This document shows positions 1 to 13,750 of a stretch of DNA of 64,000 nucleotides, one piece after another. Made by a program: the position numbers and the translations under genes. The notes under the pieces were generated by a model, which saw nothing but the letters and a program-made list of their open reading frames with translations, was not told the DNA's origin and made no database searches. Positions within the stretch are counted from its first letter, which is position 1, and each line of letters starts with the position of its first letter. This DNA comes from Rhizophagus irregularis (lineage: Eukaryota): assembly GCF_026210795.1 (NCBI RefSeq), contig NC_089429.1, forward strand, positions 1,922,001 to 1,986,000, in the 5' to 3' direction.

Positions 1-427
1 CGTAATGGTCAAAAGTGGTCTATTTGACCTTAAAAGTGGTCAAACTTGACCTTATTGATGGTTAAAAGTGGTCAAATGACTCAGTTGCCTTAATTGATGG
101 TCAAAAGTAGTCTATTTGGTGGTCAAATGTAACCATCAGCTACCTTAATTGATGGTTAAAAGTGGTCAAACGTGGCCATCAGCTGCCTTAATTGATGGTC
201 AAAAGTGGTCAAATATGCCCTCGCCTTTAACTACCAATTATTAGTATAACCAAACAGAAATTTTCGAAAAATTTCTATGTGCTATATGACCACTTTTTAG
301 GGTCAAATAGACCACTTTTGACCATCAATTAAGGTAGCTGATGGTCACGTTTGCCACTTTTAAGGTCAAATAGACCACTTTTGACCATTACGAAATAGAT
401 TTCTTAAGTAAAGTGATTTATTCAGTG
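1..427. mobile_element. Palindromic MITE-like element, left end outside window; probable CACTG-type terminus
   Basis: Bases 1-39 are the exact reverse complement of 354-392; many internal ATGGTCAAAAGTGGTC / GACCACTTTTGACCAT motifs; ends in CAGTG at 423-427 like the other CACTG elements here. Confidence 0.6.
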
Positions 428-2345
428 AGGATACACAAAATTTAACTGCATATTTACTTATAAACGGGTATCTTCCGGATCTATTAGTGCAATATTTATA
501 CCACATTGTAACTAAAAAAAATCAAAAACTTTTTTATTAGGTTACACAATTGAATTTGGCTGGAATTATAATTTGACCGGTGAAATCACCTGCGGTGAGA
601 TTTAGCAGATCTGCTAATGAATAAAAATGATCGTCAGAGCTAATAATAAAAAATATAAATCTGTCTGGTAAAGAAAAAAGATCTGCTAATAAAAAAAGGG
701 GATAATAAAAAATATAAATCTGTCTATTGAAGAAAAAAAGATCTGCCAATTTTAAAATTACACGAGTTGGTAATATTTAATTAGAGAAAGTTCGTAATAA
801 ATAAATATGAATCTGTCTAATAATGCAAAAAGAAATTGCCATTTTAGACAAAAATCTGCCACTTGCAGTAATATTAAAATACATGAGCTGGTATTATTTA
901 AATAGTGGAAGTTGGTATTAAAAAAATACCAATCTGTCCACGTCGGCGCGCCATAGTTTTAAATGCATTTCCCATTAAACTTATGTACAGTATATAACAC
1001 ATGTCATTCTTTATACCATCTTTTCATATTTGCGTTGCTATAGAAAAGAGATCATAAATAATGTAATTAAATACGCAGTATTAAACACAATTAAATCAAA
1101 ATTTCTTTATTATACAGGTGAACTAAATAAATTGTTAATTAATGGAGCTTATATGATTTCTGGTATAACCATACTTTGAATTTTAATATGTAAATACTGT
1201 AATATATTATAAATCATGATATTTTATTTCTTTTTATAATTTCATATAAAGTTGATTTGAGAATACATAACCAAAAGGTTAAAATCATGTTATTATAAAA
1301 TATAGTCTAAACCTGTGAAAGTTAATTTTTAAGAAGTGTGAAAATTTTATAATTATAAATAGATATAAAGTTAGCAATCAACTTTTTAACCGGAGAATAT
1401 TAAATTATTAATTCGAAATGACCTAAAATTCCAGCCCGCATATTCAAAAAAAATTTATATTTAAACTACTAATATGAAGAATGATAAAGTAAATTTTGTT
1501 TCTAATTCGAAAAATGATGTCACTTGCTTGATAAAGTTATTTATGTTGCTAAATTCATTTGTCCTCTATATAATGATAAGATATAAATAATAAGCAGAGT
1601 GAGTAGTAGACTAAAATTAACAAGCATACAGTACGGGAGTATTGACATAGTGTACGTTATAAGATAAAAATTTTAAAATTTTTAAAACCTTTGGAACTAA
1701 ATATTTTTTACGAATTCGTATTTGGAAGCTATTATTATTTTTTTCTTTTTTGAAAATAGTTTATATATTTATTATACATGTTAAAATATCTAGATTTAAT
1801 CCAGTATCGCTTTACACTTCAAGCATATTCCAAGAATTATCAATGTTTGTCGGCCAAAATTAAAAATTTCGATAAATACATTATATATAAAGAAATGTGT
1901 GAGCTATAAATTTTTTTTTTTTTTAAACACTAAACATTATGACATGACATCACTATGACATGACATCACAAAAAGATAAAAATATTTATTTTTATTTTAT
2001 TAATAAACGTTTGCAGTATAAGGCAACTTAAGGTCGCAGTATGCATGTGACCCACAATTTCATAAGAGTAATTCAGGGGTTCAAAAAGGAATGTGGAGAT
2101 GATTTAAAAATGTGATTTTTGTGGACGTTTTGCAATGAGATAAACTAATTTTACATTTTCGTCTCCAGAGAGTAAGATCCGGACAACAATAGTATAACTG
2201 TATGTTACACAAATCAAAGCCACATTGTTCGAGTCACGAACTCATGATGTTATGATCAGCTGATCTGTTGTGCTCAAATAAACTTTTATAAATTTACTTG
2301 TTTTGAAAATTTTAATACGTAAATACTCTTTCCCCTTTTAACAAC

Positions 2346-4043
2346 ATGGCATGTTCAAAAATATTTTCGGGAGCTTTACCTGAATTAATAAATGAAATTC
2401 TACCGTATCTTAGGAATGATTATAAAACCTTATATTCATGTATTTTAGTTAATAGATTATGGTGTCGTTTGGCAATTCCATTATTGTGGGAGGATCCATT
2501 TTCAAAGAAATTTCCTAAAAATTATCGATTTATTGAAATTTATTTGCATTATTTGAATGATAATGATAAAGCAAAATTAAACGAATATGGAATTATTACT
2601 GATTCATTTCCTACAAATACATTATTTAATTATCCTAGTTTTATTAAATGTTTAAAAATACATGAAATTTGTCTTTCTATTAAATTATGGAATGAAAATA
2701 TTAGTTTTTTGACAATTGAAGAACAACATGGTAACTTTAGAAAACTTACTAAAGACTATAACCAAGATATGACATTGGCAAGGTTTATTTTCTTGTTATT
2801 AACCAAAATATTTATCGAATATGAAGCTAATTTACACACTTTTGAATTCAAAGTTTTAAATACTTATTGGAATAAAGATATTAATGATTACATCAAATCT
2901 ACATTTGAAATAATCCTACAAAATCCAAATTTCATTTCTAATATTAAAAATCTTAAATTTCTTTCTGATGGATTAGCTAATAATTTGTCAGTATTTATAT
3001 TTCTAAAATTTATTTATTCAAATTGTAATTCAATTTCATCACTTTATATTCATGCTTTAGAGTATAATAATGCTGATGAAGATTTATCCAAATTAATTAA
3101 TTCACAACAAAATCTCCAAAAAATTTATTTTGATAACAGTGATTATTATTATCTAAAAAGTTTAAAAAATTCCAATTGTTTAAATACTTTAAGAATTATT
3201 ATATTTCATAATATCTATCTATATAATTTGGAAGTTAATTTATTCAGTGAAGTATTTGAGCAATTAAATGTTTTGGAGTCTGTTCATATCCTTTATTGTT
3301 ATCCTTTAGATTATACCATTATTCAACTTTTTAACCTAACTAAACCATTTAAATTGAAATCTTTACTTATGGATCAAAGATCTATATTACAAATTGAACC
3401 ATTAAAATTATTATTACAAAAGTCTGGTGATTACTTAGAAAATATTGGATTTGAAACATCAATGAATAACGAATTGAAACTACAATTATTAAATTTAATT
3501 AAAATTTATTGTTTTAATATCAAGTTTATAGATTTAAATGGATTTGATAATCAAAATATTCTTCCAGTATTTTATTTAATTAAAAATATTCAACGAAATC
3601 TTAATTATATTTCTATTAATTTCGCTAAATTTAATTATCAAAATTTTGATCGTCACGTTGAACTTAGTTCATTTATATTACGAAATTTAGGACAAATTCT
3701 TCCTAATAGATTAGAATATTTAAGTTTAGCTCTTAAATTTAATATAAATGATTTGGAAGTATTTATTAATAATTCTCAAAATATTTTCATTAGAAAATTA
3801 TTAATCAAAAATATATTTTATCACACATGTGAAAATCTTTTACCATGTATTAAAAACTCTATTATGAGAGAAAAAAGGGTCACATATTTAGCCATAGAAA
3901 ATAATCATGTTTTTTCTAATAGTGAAAGAAATGATCTGTTTGATTTAAAAAATGTAGAAGAGTTTAAATTATATGGTATTCAAGTCACAGATTATAATAA
4001 TCTATATATTAAACTTCATGATTTTATAAACGAATTGTATTAG
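2346..4043 (+). CDS. Glomeromycota-expanded F-box-like/LRR (RNI-like) protein, 565 aa
   Basis: Intact ORF; N-terminal LPELINEIL..L..DYKTLYSCILVNRLWCRLAIPLLWEDPF F-box-like motif followed by degenerate LRR-like repeats; paralogue at 12050-13750. Confidence 0.85.
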   Translation: MACSKIFSGALPELINEILPYLRNDYKTLYSCILVNRLWCRLAIPLLWEDPFSKKFPKNYRFIEIYLHYLNDNDKAKLNEYGIITDSFPTNTLFNYPSFIKCLKIHEICLSIKLWNENISFLTIEEQHGNFRKLTKDYNQDMTLARFIFLLLTKIFIEYEANLHTFEFKVLNTYWNKDINDYIKSTFEIILQNPNFISNIKNLKFLSDGLANNLSVFIFLKFIYSNCNSISSLYIHALEYNNADEDLSKLINSQQNLQKIYFDNSDYYYLKSLKNSNCLNTLRIIIFHNIYLYNLEVNLFSEVFEQLNVLESVHILYCYPLDYTIIQLFNLTKPFKLKSLLMDQRSILQIEPLKLLLQKSGDYLENIGFETSMNNELKLQLLNLIKIYCFNIKFIDLNGFDNQNILPVFYLIKNIQRNLNYISINFAKFNYQNFDRHVELSSFILRNLGQILPNRLEYLSLALKFNINDLEVFINNSQNIFIRKLLIKNIFYHTCENLLPCIKNSIMREKRVTYLAIENNHVFSNSERNDLFDLKNVEEFKLYGIQVTDYNNLYIKLHDFINELY

Positions 4044-5636
4044 CTATGTAGTAATTCATATCGATATGATTTGAAAATTACAAATACTTATTATTGCATG
4101 GGATTGATAATAAAATGAGTAAATGGAAGTGTTTGAAATGAAATTTAAAAAGTAAAAGATAGCATAATCAAATATGTCAGGATGACAACAATTTATTAAA
4201 TATAGGCCGCGAAAGTCTTTCATAATTAGCACTTTTATTAATGAAATTATTTTTTATTCTGTAAACCTTATATATCACAATAAATTATATATTTTATGAA
4301 AATTTTATAAAAATTTATCAAGGCTGATGTTAATTATACCTTATGTTATGTGACAAATGATGCAAATTGACATCTGAAGCACAAAATAATTATCTTTTTT
4401 TAAAAAAAATATGCGTATTTTTTAATATAAAAAATTTTATTTTTAAATGAAAACGTATTTTAATTAAGAGATTAATATTTTAGAAGATAAAGAAATAATT
4501 ATAAAAATATTAAATCAAGTTTATAATAAATAGGTTAATAAAAAAAAAATTTTAAACCACTTTTCTTTTTATGAATAACTAATAATGACATTTTTTTTTA
4601 AAGAACATAAAAAAAATTATATTAAATTGTGGTACGTTAATGTATGATAAAATCATTTATAAATTAAAATGACCAGTTGAAATAGTCATGGTCGATAAAA
4701 TAGGATTGATTTAATCAAATATAAATTTTTTTTTATGGACAAACCAACCCGATACTGAATTAGCTTCTAAACAGTTATAGCAAAATGATCAATTTCGATT
4801 TTTGTTAAATCGATTAAGAACAAGTCAATTTGAGACTTTATTAATTAGTAAAAAATGTATAATGAGTAATTAGAACAAACCTATTGTGACTTCTCACTTA
4901 CTTGGTCATTTAATATCACATTATGCTTCATCATTATTTTTTCTTATTAGTACAATTTCATTAAGAAATAATTTTTTATTATTTGTGGCAAGGAAAACAT
5001 AAAGAATATCATGTTTCAACACTTTGAAATCGCTCTAGTTGCTGAAACTGGATAAGGAGCTCAAGGGATAGATCAGGCGATGATAAGAAATATATTGTTC
5101 AGACTTCAGAGTCACATGAAATCTTAATATATGACGTACTAGCAAGAGGAATAGTGATGCAAGTCTTGGAACTCTAGGAAGTATACGAAGAAGCAATATA
5201 AGTATCAGTAAAGCCAAAATCCAGTTCAAGCTAGAAAGTTAAAGAGTTTGACAGCGTTTTAGTTTCTCAAGTCAACGGTAATGTCTCTATACTTCGTTGT
5301 TATTAGAAGCGGTTGCAAAAGGTTTAGAGCGATTCGATCTAAGTGAGAATCTAAGTAAGACGTGGATAATTCCTATGAAAAAGATACAGGTTGTATACAA
5401 AAAAAAATATAATGATAAAAAACGAATCATACTATGATTTTTTCTTTATATACTTTATATAGTAATCTCTGTACATACTAATACATACATAGATCATTTT
5501 AACCGTAAATTCTCAATCGTACTACATAACTTTCGCATTAAATCATTATTCGAAATCATGTAACCCGTAAAATTAGATCCAGCTACCATGTGACGCGGTT
5601 AGTAAAAGACGAAAATTTTTTGAATAATCGTACAAA

Positions 5637-8137
5637 ATGTCCTCAAAAATTACTCAGGTCTTTCGTAGGACCGTTTTCCCAACTCACTTCGTTTCTCCTC
5701 AAGTTCAATGCCTTCAATCACCGAGACCTTATTTGCCACTTTCAAGAACTCTAAAGTATTGGAAGTAGGGATGGCAACGGTCACGGTCATTAACCGGTTA
5801 TGACCGGTCATGACCGTGACCGATATCGGTCGGTCAAAGACCTCTGACCGACCGTTTGACCGACCGTTTAACCGATCCTGAAAACGTTTGCGAAACGTAA
5901 TTTAATAAAAAAAATGTTTCGCAAACGTTTTTTTAATTATTTTAATAGAAAACGTTGCGAAAACGTTTTTTATTAAGTATTTCAATTAAATTACGTTTCG
6001 CAAACGTTTTCAGGATCGGTTAACCAGTCGGTCAAACGGTCGGTCGGTCGGTCAAAGGTTCTTGACCGGTTATGGCCGACCGATGACCGACCATGACCGA
6101 CCGTTGCCATCCCTAATTGGAAGTCTTGGGAGGATTTAAACCAGAAATATAAGGATTTAAGCCAGGAATATAAGGATTTAAGCCAGGAAAATAAGGATTT
6201 AGTCCAGAAAAATAAACTTTTGAGAAACAAATTAGAATTTTATAAATATCGGTATCCTAATGATAAAAGAAGATGGGTGGTTAATGGTAACATTGAGAAT
6301 GAATCCCGTAATAATGTATATTTTGTTGATCTAGAGGAGACGAATGTTCCACTCCTTGATATGATTCTGAAAGGAGAATTTGTGACTTTATATGGTGCAA
6401 GGGCCTCCGGAAAATCTACACGTGTGGATCAAGTTATGGAAAAGTTGAAAAGCCAGGGCATTATTTGCATTTAGTAAGTTCTATTTAGTAAGTTCTGACT
6501 TTCTGATCACGTTGCTTTCAGTATAAACTGTTGTTTTTTCCCTCGAAACAGTGTAACTTTGGAGCAGATTAACATGGAAACCAAAGATAGTTTCTGGTCG
6601 TCAATGGGTTTTGCACTTCACATTAGTGCTCCTAAATACTTTGGAAAAGCTGATGTCAAATCTTCTGGTGATTTTCGGCTAAAGTTTCTGAAAGAACAAT
6701 GGAATGATAATCGTGTTGTTCTCTTCATTGATGAGTTCGATATATTGTTTGAAGCACATGATGATATTAAATCCTCATTTTTTGAGGTAATTCATGCTAT
6801 TAAAAACACAAAGGAAAATTATGCTCTCTTGTCTTCGGTAGCCATCGGTCTCTTTAGTATTTTACGTTTGAGTTCAGACAGAATAACCACGTCTCCATTC
6901 AACATTAACAATCCATTTAGGAACCCAAATTTCACGCTGGAACAAGTGCAGTCAGTATATAAGGAGTTTGAGGATGACTTCAAATTGACAATTGACCCGG
7001 AGATCATTGAGGATATCTACAATCGGACAAATGGGTATGTGAAGCTGATAGAGAGTTGCGTGAAATCAAAATCTGAAATTTAATTCATGATTTGGTTATT
7101 TTGACAGGCATGCTGCCCTTGTCTGCCTTTGCGGAAAAGCTATCAATTCAGATTTAATGTCAAAACTTGATGAAAATAGAAGGCTCACCTCCTTAACCTG
7201 GTTAAACTTTGTTATCAATTCTATGCAAGATACGATATTTGATTATAACACCTTCAGATGGATGATTATTATACTTCAAAAGAAAAAAGTCAGGCCTGCT
7301 ATAGAACTTCTTCGATCTGTTTTCTTAGGATCTTTCAAATTTGTGCCAATCTATGACTCTGAAGAAAAAAAACTAGCAGAATTTTTGACAGCCGAGGGGG
7401 TGCTAATGAGGGATGAAACGAAAAAGAATAATTTCAGAATGTCATCTATTTTTGTAGATGATCTGATTCAGCGACGACTTATTCCTGCATTATACAAGTC
7501 TGCCCCGACATGTGCAGTCCCCTTAAAAAAAAATGATACCCTGGATATTCTCAAGATTTTGCAGACGGCTATCCGGTTCTTTGATAAAGACATCATTTCT
7601 AATGCATTCATTAAGTCATTTAAAGTTGCATCTACGTTGTATGTAGATGGTCAAAAAGAAACTCAAGTCCCTCAAGAAAATGTTTACAACACAGAGCTTA
7701 TCAGGATCCTAGTTAATTGGCTTGTCAGAAATAATGGATTTGAGGTCACTGGACAGTGGCATATGGTAGAAAGTCATGCCAAAAAACATGTTCATACGTA
7801 TAGCGATATAGTAATTACAACGCAACGTCAAAGAATTGTTCTCGAACTTTTAGCCACCGCAACAAAGGAAGACCTTGATGAACACTTTGAAAGAGTACTT
7901 GAGTATGCTGAAAAACTATCTGCGGACGATATTTGGATAGTACATTTTACATGTGAAGATCGTTATGCAACTGCAACTCATAAGAAACTTCATTGGCCAC
8001 CTGATGATAGAATTAATGTTATACACTGCTTTCACAACCGGATACTTGAAAATGTTCTAATTAATGTCCGATATGTAGATAGCTCTGGTACCATTAAATA
8101 TATTACAGATGAGGCCATACCATTAAATCTTAGTTAG
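5637..8137 (+). pseudogene. P-loop (AAA-like) NTPase + C-terminal PD-(D/E)XK nuclease gene (Crinkler-type C-terminus), exon 1 disrupted by a MITE
   Basis: ATG 5637 is in frame with 6124 onward once the MITE and one TSD are removed; GT-AG introns 6474-6551 and 7035-7107 join the ORFs in frame; Walker A GARASGKS, Walker B LFIDEFD; nuclease motifs E..Y..EL, SDIVI, IVLELL. Confidence 0.8.
5766..6115. mobile_element. hAT-type MITE (350 bp)
   Basis: TIR TAGGGATGGCAACGGTC / GACCGTTGCCATCCCTA; perfect 8-bp TSD ATTGGAAG at 5758-5765 and 6116-6123. Confidence 0.95.
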
Positions 8138-10204
8138 TTTTATACACTATAACTGAAATAATTGCTTATTAGTATTTAGTTAATATTTGTGTTAATTGTA
8201 AAAATGTAAATATAAAAGCGAGAAAATATCTTTATGTAACGTGATGCTGAATTTATTATTACGAATTTGCGATAAAAAATATATAATGCGTATAGGTAAA
8301 TAATAAATACAATAAGAGAGTGTAAGAGTAGTAAACGAAACATGTGATGCTATAAAAGAGGGAGGGAGTACGCGGATTCTAGACCATTCAATAAGTCCCA
8401 GCATCAAGTTATTTCTTACCCCATACTCTTTTTCTACAATAGAACTCCGAAACACATATTTACGGAATTTCCATCTATTTATATCACTCCCACCTATACA
8501 ATATAAAATAATATTTCTCACAAGAAAACTTCTTTGAGATTAAGTAATTTCGAGCCTAAAAGCATAAATTCGGGATTAATAAATGAGATAAAAAAAATAA
8601 TCAATGCAATATTTTTTATTTATGTTTACCTCTACGATTCATTTTCACAACATTCCATTCTGCCTTATATTTAAGAAATTAGTTGCTTAATGCGTTATAA
8701 TAATGGTATGTTGATTTTTTATTGCCAGTATGATACTGCACCAAATTTTGTTGATGCTGAAAATCGATGATACAGTGCATACAACTTAGTCACAACAACT
8801 AAAATTGATGATCAATTATCGCCATACACTATAGTATGCCGTCTAATAAGAATAACAACTCCATTAATTATTGTCATAAACCATAGTATGCTACCCGAAC
8901 CTTTCATCCGATCTAAGTTAGAGCCCGAAAGAGTATAATATTACTAGCCCAAAAAATTTAATATGGGTACCAAATCCTTTTTGATTATCCTGATTATAAT
9001 TTCACCAAAAGAGGCCAAACCTAAATTATAAATAAAATTTAATAAAAAAAAATTATTAATTGCTAATTAATAATCAAAAAACTCACTTGAAAATATCAAA
9101 TTTGCCGCAGCAGCTGATCCTATAAAAAATAAATTTATTAAATATATTAAATAAAATAAATTTAATAAAAAATAAGTATAATAAAAAAAAAGTTAGTAAA
9201 ATAAAAGAAAAATGTTGATGAATAATTAATAACAAAAAAAATAATTAATAATTAATAATCAAAAAAACCCACCTGCACATATAATTTATCGCAGTAGCTG
9301 ATTTCTAATTATCACCAGTGACTGAAATTATGACAATCGACCAGCATTAAAAAAATATAGTGCCGGTAAAAATTGATAATTCTGGCCAACGATGATGATC
9401 ACTCCAGTGATTTAAAGTAAAAACCATAAAAAAAATAAATATAATAAAAAAAGTTAATAATCAAAAAAAACCCTATTAAATTTTCCGCGGCAGCCTATCC
9501 TTTTACTAAAATCATTAAATCAACAAAAAATATAAAAGCTAAACTAATAAAATAATAAAGTAAAGTAATTTAATTATTATTTAATAATAAAAATATACTA
9601 AAATATTAAAATTCCGCTTACTAGAATTAATATAGCATGCTACTAATTTATCTTGACCATCCAATTTAATGTTGGCTAGTTTTCAATCTATTATCTAGTT
9701 TTTATAATATCACCTTAGAAATAAGAAAGTAATATTCACTATTTTTTTTACAATAAATATTTAAAAATCATTTATTAATATTGAAAAAATAGTAATTAGC
9801 CAGTTTATTTGATGGTTATTAGATGATCCATTAGATTATCCGGATAGTTTTAAATTATATTTATTTAAAATAGTTATTGTTATTTATTAACAAAGAAAGC
9901 ACTATTTTTTGTTAATAAAATATTTTTTTATTTTTATCTTTTTACCTTTATAAATAAAAATAAAAAAAAAGGCTCATTTTTTTAATTTGGATGACTAATA
10001 CAATGTAATCGAAAAATTGTCTAGGCATCAAAAATTTTAATAATTTTGTGCACAAATAATATAATACTGTCACAAAATAAAAGTTATAAGTTAGATATAT
10101 TTATAGCTAAAATTATTAAGATAACTGCCAATCCAGATCATGCCACAGATCCTGATCATCGTCAATATCTCATTCAAAACTAATATAAACTCTTTCTGTT
10201 AATA

Positions 10205-10268
10205 TTGATGTTGATGTTGATGTTGATGTTGATATATTGATATTGATATTGATATTGATATCGATATC
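10205..10268. repeat. Hexamer microsatellite (GATGTT/GATATT)n
   Basis: About 10 tandem hexamers visible. Confidence 0.8.
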
Positions 10269-12049
10269 AAATTTTTTTTATGATGCTTCCTTTTTGGGAA
10301 TGTACTATAATCAACTATAGCTAATTACGTACAACAATATAAATTGAGATCATCTGACACCAACAACTATATAGCGCAATCTGTATATGGTGTTAATAAT
10401 AATAATTAGCAAAATATTAACGTAACTAATTAATATATTTGATTATTTATCATATTTATTCTTTTTCTGTTAATTCTATTTATTAATTGTCTGAATTTAA
10501 ATGAATTCTTTCTGATCGTGAATATGCATCTTCTAATATTAAGAATTTGATAAACATCAGTTGAATTATTCTAAAAACCCCTTCTTCCGGTTGAACCTTT
10601 ATTAAATTTGATAAAAGTTATAGCAATTCCCGAGTTTCATCATGAAAATAATTAATTAATAAAATGAAAAATTCAAGAAAGAAAATAAATTCTCATCACT
10701 AATCTCACGAAAATTCTAAATTCTATATTTAATTAAAGAGCCAATTAAAATAATGGTTTCCCTTTTTTAAGATCCTAAAGAAAAAAATCAACGAAATATT
10801 TCTACATTTTCTTTTTTTTAGGCAGTTCTTGCAGTCTTCCTGGACACGACATTTTGGTACAAATCAATACTGCGATTCTAAATCAATCAGAATACTGATC
10901 TCCTTAGAGGGAAAGTAGATTAGTTTTTTCTTGTTTTTCATTTAAGTTATTTATTATTATTTTTTTTAAGCAAATTCTCATTTAAATTATTTTTTTATTT
11001 AAATTTTTTAAAAAAATTTTCATCCTTATTAAATAAACTTGTTTTAATAACTTACAACAAATATGGTTTACAATAAAATTAATTGCGGCAGTCGTAAATT
11101 TGTCTGAATTATGTTACGCTCTAATGAATCAGAACGGAATCTACACCTATACATTGATTCTGTGGCTTGGTTTGATATACTCACGAATATACCAAAGAGA
11201 TGATGCTTCGAAATTATGTTAATAATGTGAGAAAATCATATCGTCCATCACCTTCTGAATAATATTTTCACCACGCAGAATGCGTTACAAGTGAGTACTC
11301 GAGTGATAACCACATTTGAATGAATTCTTGAATAATAACAAATTTTTGTCCTAGATCAATAGAGTTGTGCTCTTTATCTCTGTACTCTAAATATCGTCTC
11401 GGGCGCCCATGCAATGAGAATTAGCGAATAGTACTATTTGATAATAATATAGATGCGACAGAATACAAGGCGAAAGGAAATTTAACTTTAAGATAAAATT
11501 GTCTTGTTTTCTCTATCAAATTTAAAATAAACAAGGAACTTGCTATTTTAGTCATTAGTATTTAAAGAAGTTGTTAATAAGTTTAATAAATTTGAAACTA
11601 AAATAAGTGTCTAGTAGACTGCTTTTCAATGAATAGGGATCTAAAGACGTTGTTGATAAATGATAAAATAAGAAAAATGGAAAAAATATAAAGCTATGAA
11701 CAGACTCTACTCATTAAGGTTTAATTGATTGTCAAGAACTTGAAACTTCTTGAGTTCGCATGAGACTGGATATAAATAAATCTTATGACATAATATTTGA
11801 AAATTAGGCAAAATAGTTATTATAAATTTATAACAATTCAGTAAATACAATACTTTTTCATTTGCTATTTTTATCAACTTAAGAATAAATAATTTTAAAT
11901 GATTTAGGTGGGTGTACAGTAAGTTTATTTATTGCACGGTCCTATAGGACAAGTTCTTTAAATCAAGATTATTATACACACTGGTAAAAGTGTAATAACA
12001 TATATACAAGCAAAATTTTAAAAAAAAAATATCATGAAAAAAGTAAACT

Positions 12050-13750
12050 TTATTCCTTAATTAGTTCTTGTACAAAATCAAATAAATGTATTGACAAATC
12101 TATTGACAAATCAAAATAATTTAAAACTTGAATACCATACAATTCAAATCCCTTCATCTCATAACACAGAGAATAAAAACGCCCAAATTTAATACTTTCT
12201 ATAATAGACAAATATTTAACCCTTTTCTTTTTCACAATATATTCCTTTATATAAAGAATAATATCATCTGTTACTTTAATATTTTTGATTAACAATTTTT
12301 TAATAAAGGTATTTTGAGAATTTTTTAAAAATGTTTCCAAATCACTTCCATTAATTGCAAGACGCAATTCCAAATATTCTAATTTAAAAGGAAGAATTTG
12401 TCCCAAATTTTGTAATATATTTGAACTTGATTCAATACAATCATCAATATTATTATCAACAATATCTTCAATACTATCAAAATAGCGAGTGGTACCATCA
12501 ATTATAAGATAATTAAGATTTTGTTTAATATTTTCAATTAAGTTGAATTCTAAATAATTATTTTGAATATATCTCAAAGAAGAAGACAAAATTTTAATTT
12601 TACTACAATATTTTATAATAAATTGTGGTAATGGTTGGGAATTATGGACAAGATTTTCTAAATAACTGCCAGACTTTTGTATTAATGGTTCTAATAATTC
12701 ATCCATTTTATTCAAAAATAAAGATTTTAATTTAAATGGTTTTGTAATATTAATAATCTGTTGAATAAATTTAGAATCTAGAGAATAACAATAAAGAATA
12801 TGAATTGATTCTAAAACATTCAATTGATTAAATACTTCACTTAAAATATCTATATTTTTAAAATCAACATAACAAAATACAATTGTATTTAATGTATTTA
12901 AGCAATTGGAGTTTTTTAATGATAGTAAGGAATGGTTTAATGAGTAACCATTACAATTAAATGAAATCTTTCTAAGATTTACTTGAGATTTAATTATTTG
13001 TGATAAACTTTTTTCAACTATTTCAATTATTGAATGATCCTTTTCATATATTGGAAATTGAAAATAAAGTGATGAGATTGAATTGCAATTAGAATAGATT
13101 AATGTTAAAAGTCTTGTTATATTATTATTCATCACATTACTGGCTAATTTAAAATTTTTGATATTAAAAATGAAATTTGGATTTTGTAAAGTTAATTCAA
13201 TAATCTTATCAACATCGCTATGTACAGAAATAACTTCAAAACTATGCAAATTGACTTCGGTTTCAATGAATAATAGAAATAATGACCTAAAAACTAGGTT
13301 TTTAAATTTTAACAATTGTGAACTATATGATAAATTTGCTTTTTTCATAGAATAATTGAAAACTGACTTTTTGGTTGGTTTGAGTATTGGATAACTAACA
13401 GCTTCAAACCATTCTTCAATAGAATTATAAACTTCATATGTATTTAAATGTTGAATGAATTTAGGATAATTAAATAATGTATTTGTAGGAAATAATTCAT
13501 TATGAATTACATATTCATTTAATTTCGTTTTATCATCATCATTTAAATAATGTAAATAAATTTCAATACAATGATAATTTTTAGTTGGACTTGAAAAAGG
13601 ATTTTCCCATAATAATGGGATTGCTAAACTACACCATAATCTATTAACCAATATACACGAATGTAATGTTTTATAATCATAATGAAAATATTGTATAATA
13701 TCGTCTATTAACTCTGGTAAATCTCCTGAAAATAACTTTGAACACGTCAT
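12050..13750 (-). CDS. Glomeromycota-expanded F-box-like/LRR protein, 566 aa
   Basis: Intact ORF, colinear paralogue of 2346-4043 (MTCSKLFSGDLPEL..., NLGQILP.KLEYL, NSQN.FIKKLLIKN). Confidence 0.85.
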   Translation of the reverse strand: MTCSKLFSGDLPELIDDIIQYFHYDYKTLHSCILVNRLWCSLAIPLLWENPFSSPTKNYHCIEIYLHYLNDDDKTKLNEYVIHNELFPTNTLFNYPKFIQHLNTYEVYNSIEEWFEAVSYPILKPTKKSVFNYSMKKANLSYSSQLLKFKNLVFRSLFLLFIETEVNLHSFEVISVHSDVDKIIELTLQNPNFIFNIKNFKLASNVMNNNITRLLTLIYSNCNSISSLYFQFPIYEKDHSIIEIVEKSLSQIIKSQVNLRKISFNCNGYSLNHSLLSLKNSNCLNTLNTIVFCYVDFKNIDILSEVFNQLNVLESIHILYCYSLDSKFIQQIINITKPFKLKSLFLNKMDELLEPLIQKSGSYLENLVHNSQPLPQFIIKYCSKIKILSSSLRYIQNNYLEFNLIENIKQNLNYLIIDGTTRYFDSIEDIVDNNIDDCIESSSNILQNLGQILPFKLEYLELRLAINGSDLETFLKNSQNTFIKKLLIKNIKVTDDIILYIKEYIVKKKRVKYLSIIESIKFGRFYSLCYEMKGFELYGIQVLNYFDLSIDLSIHLFDFVQELIKE

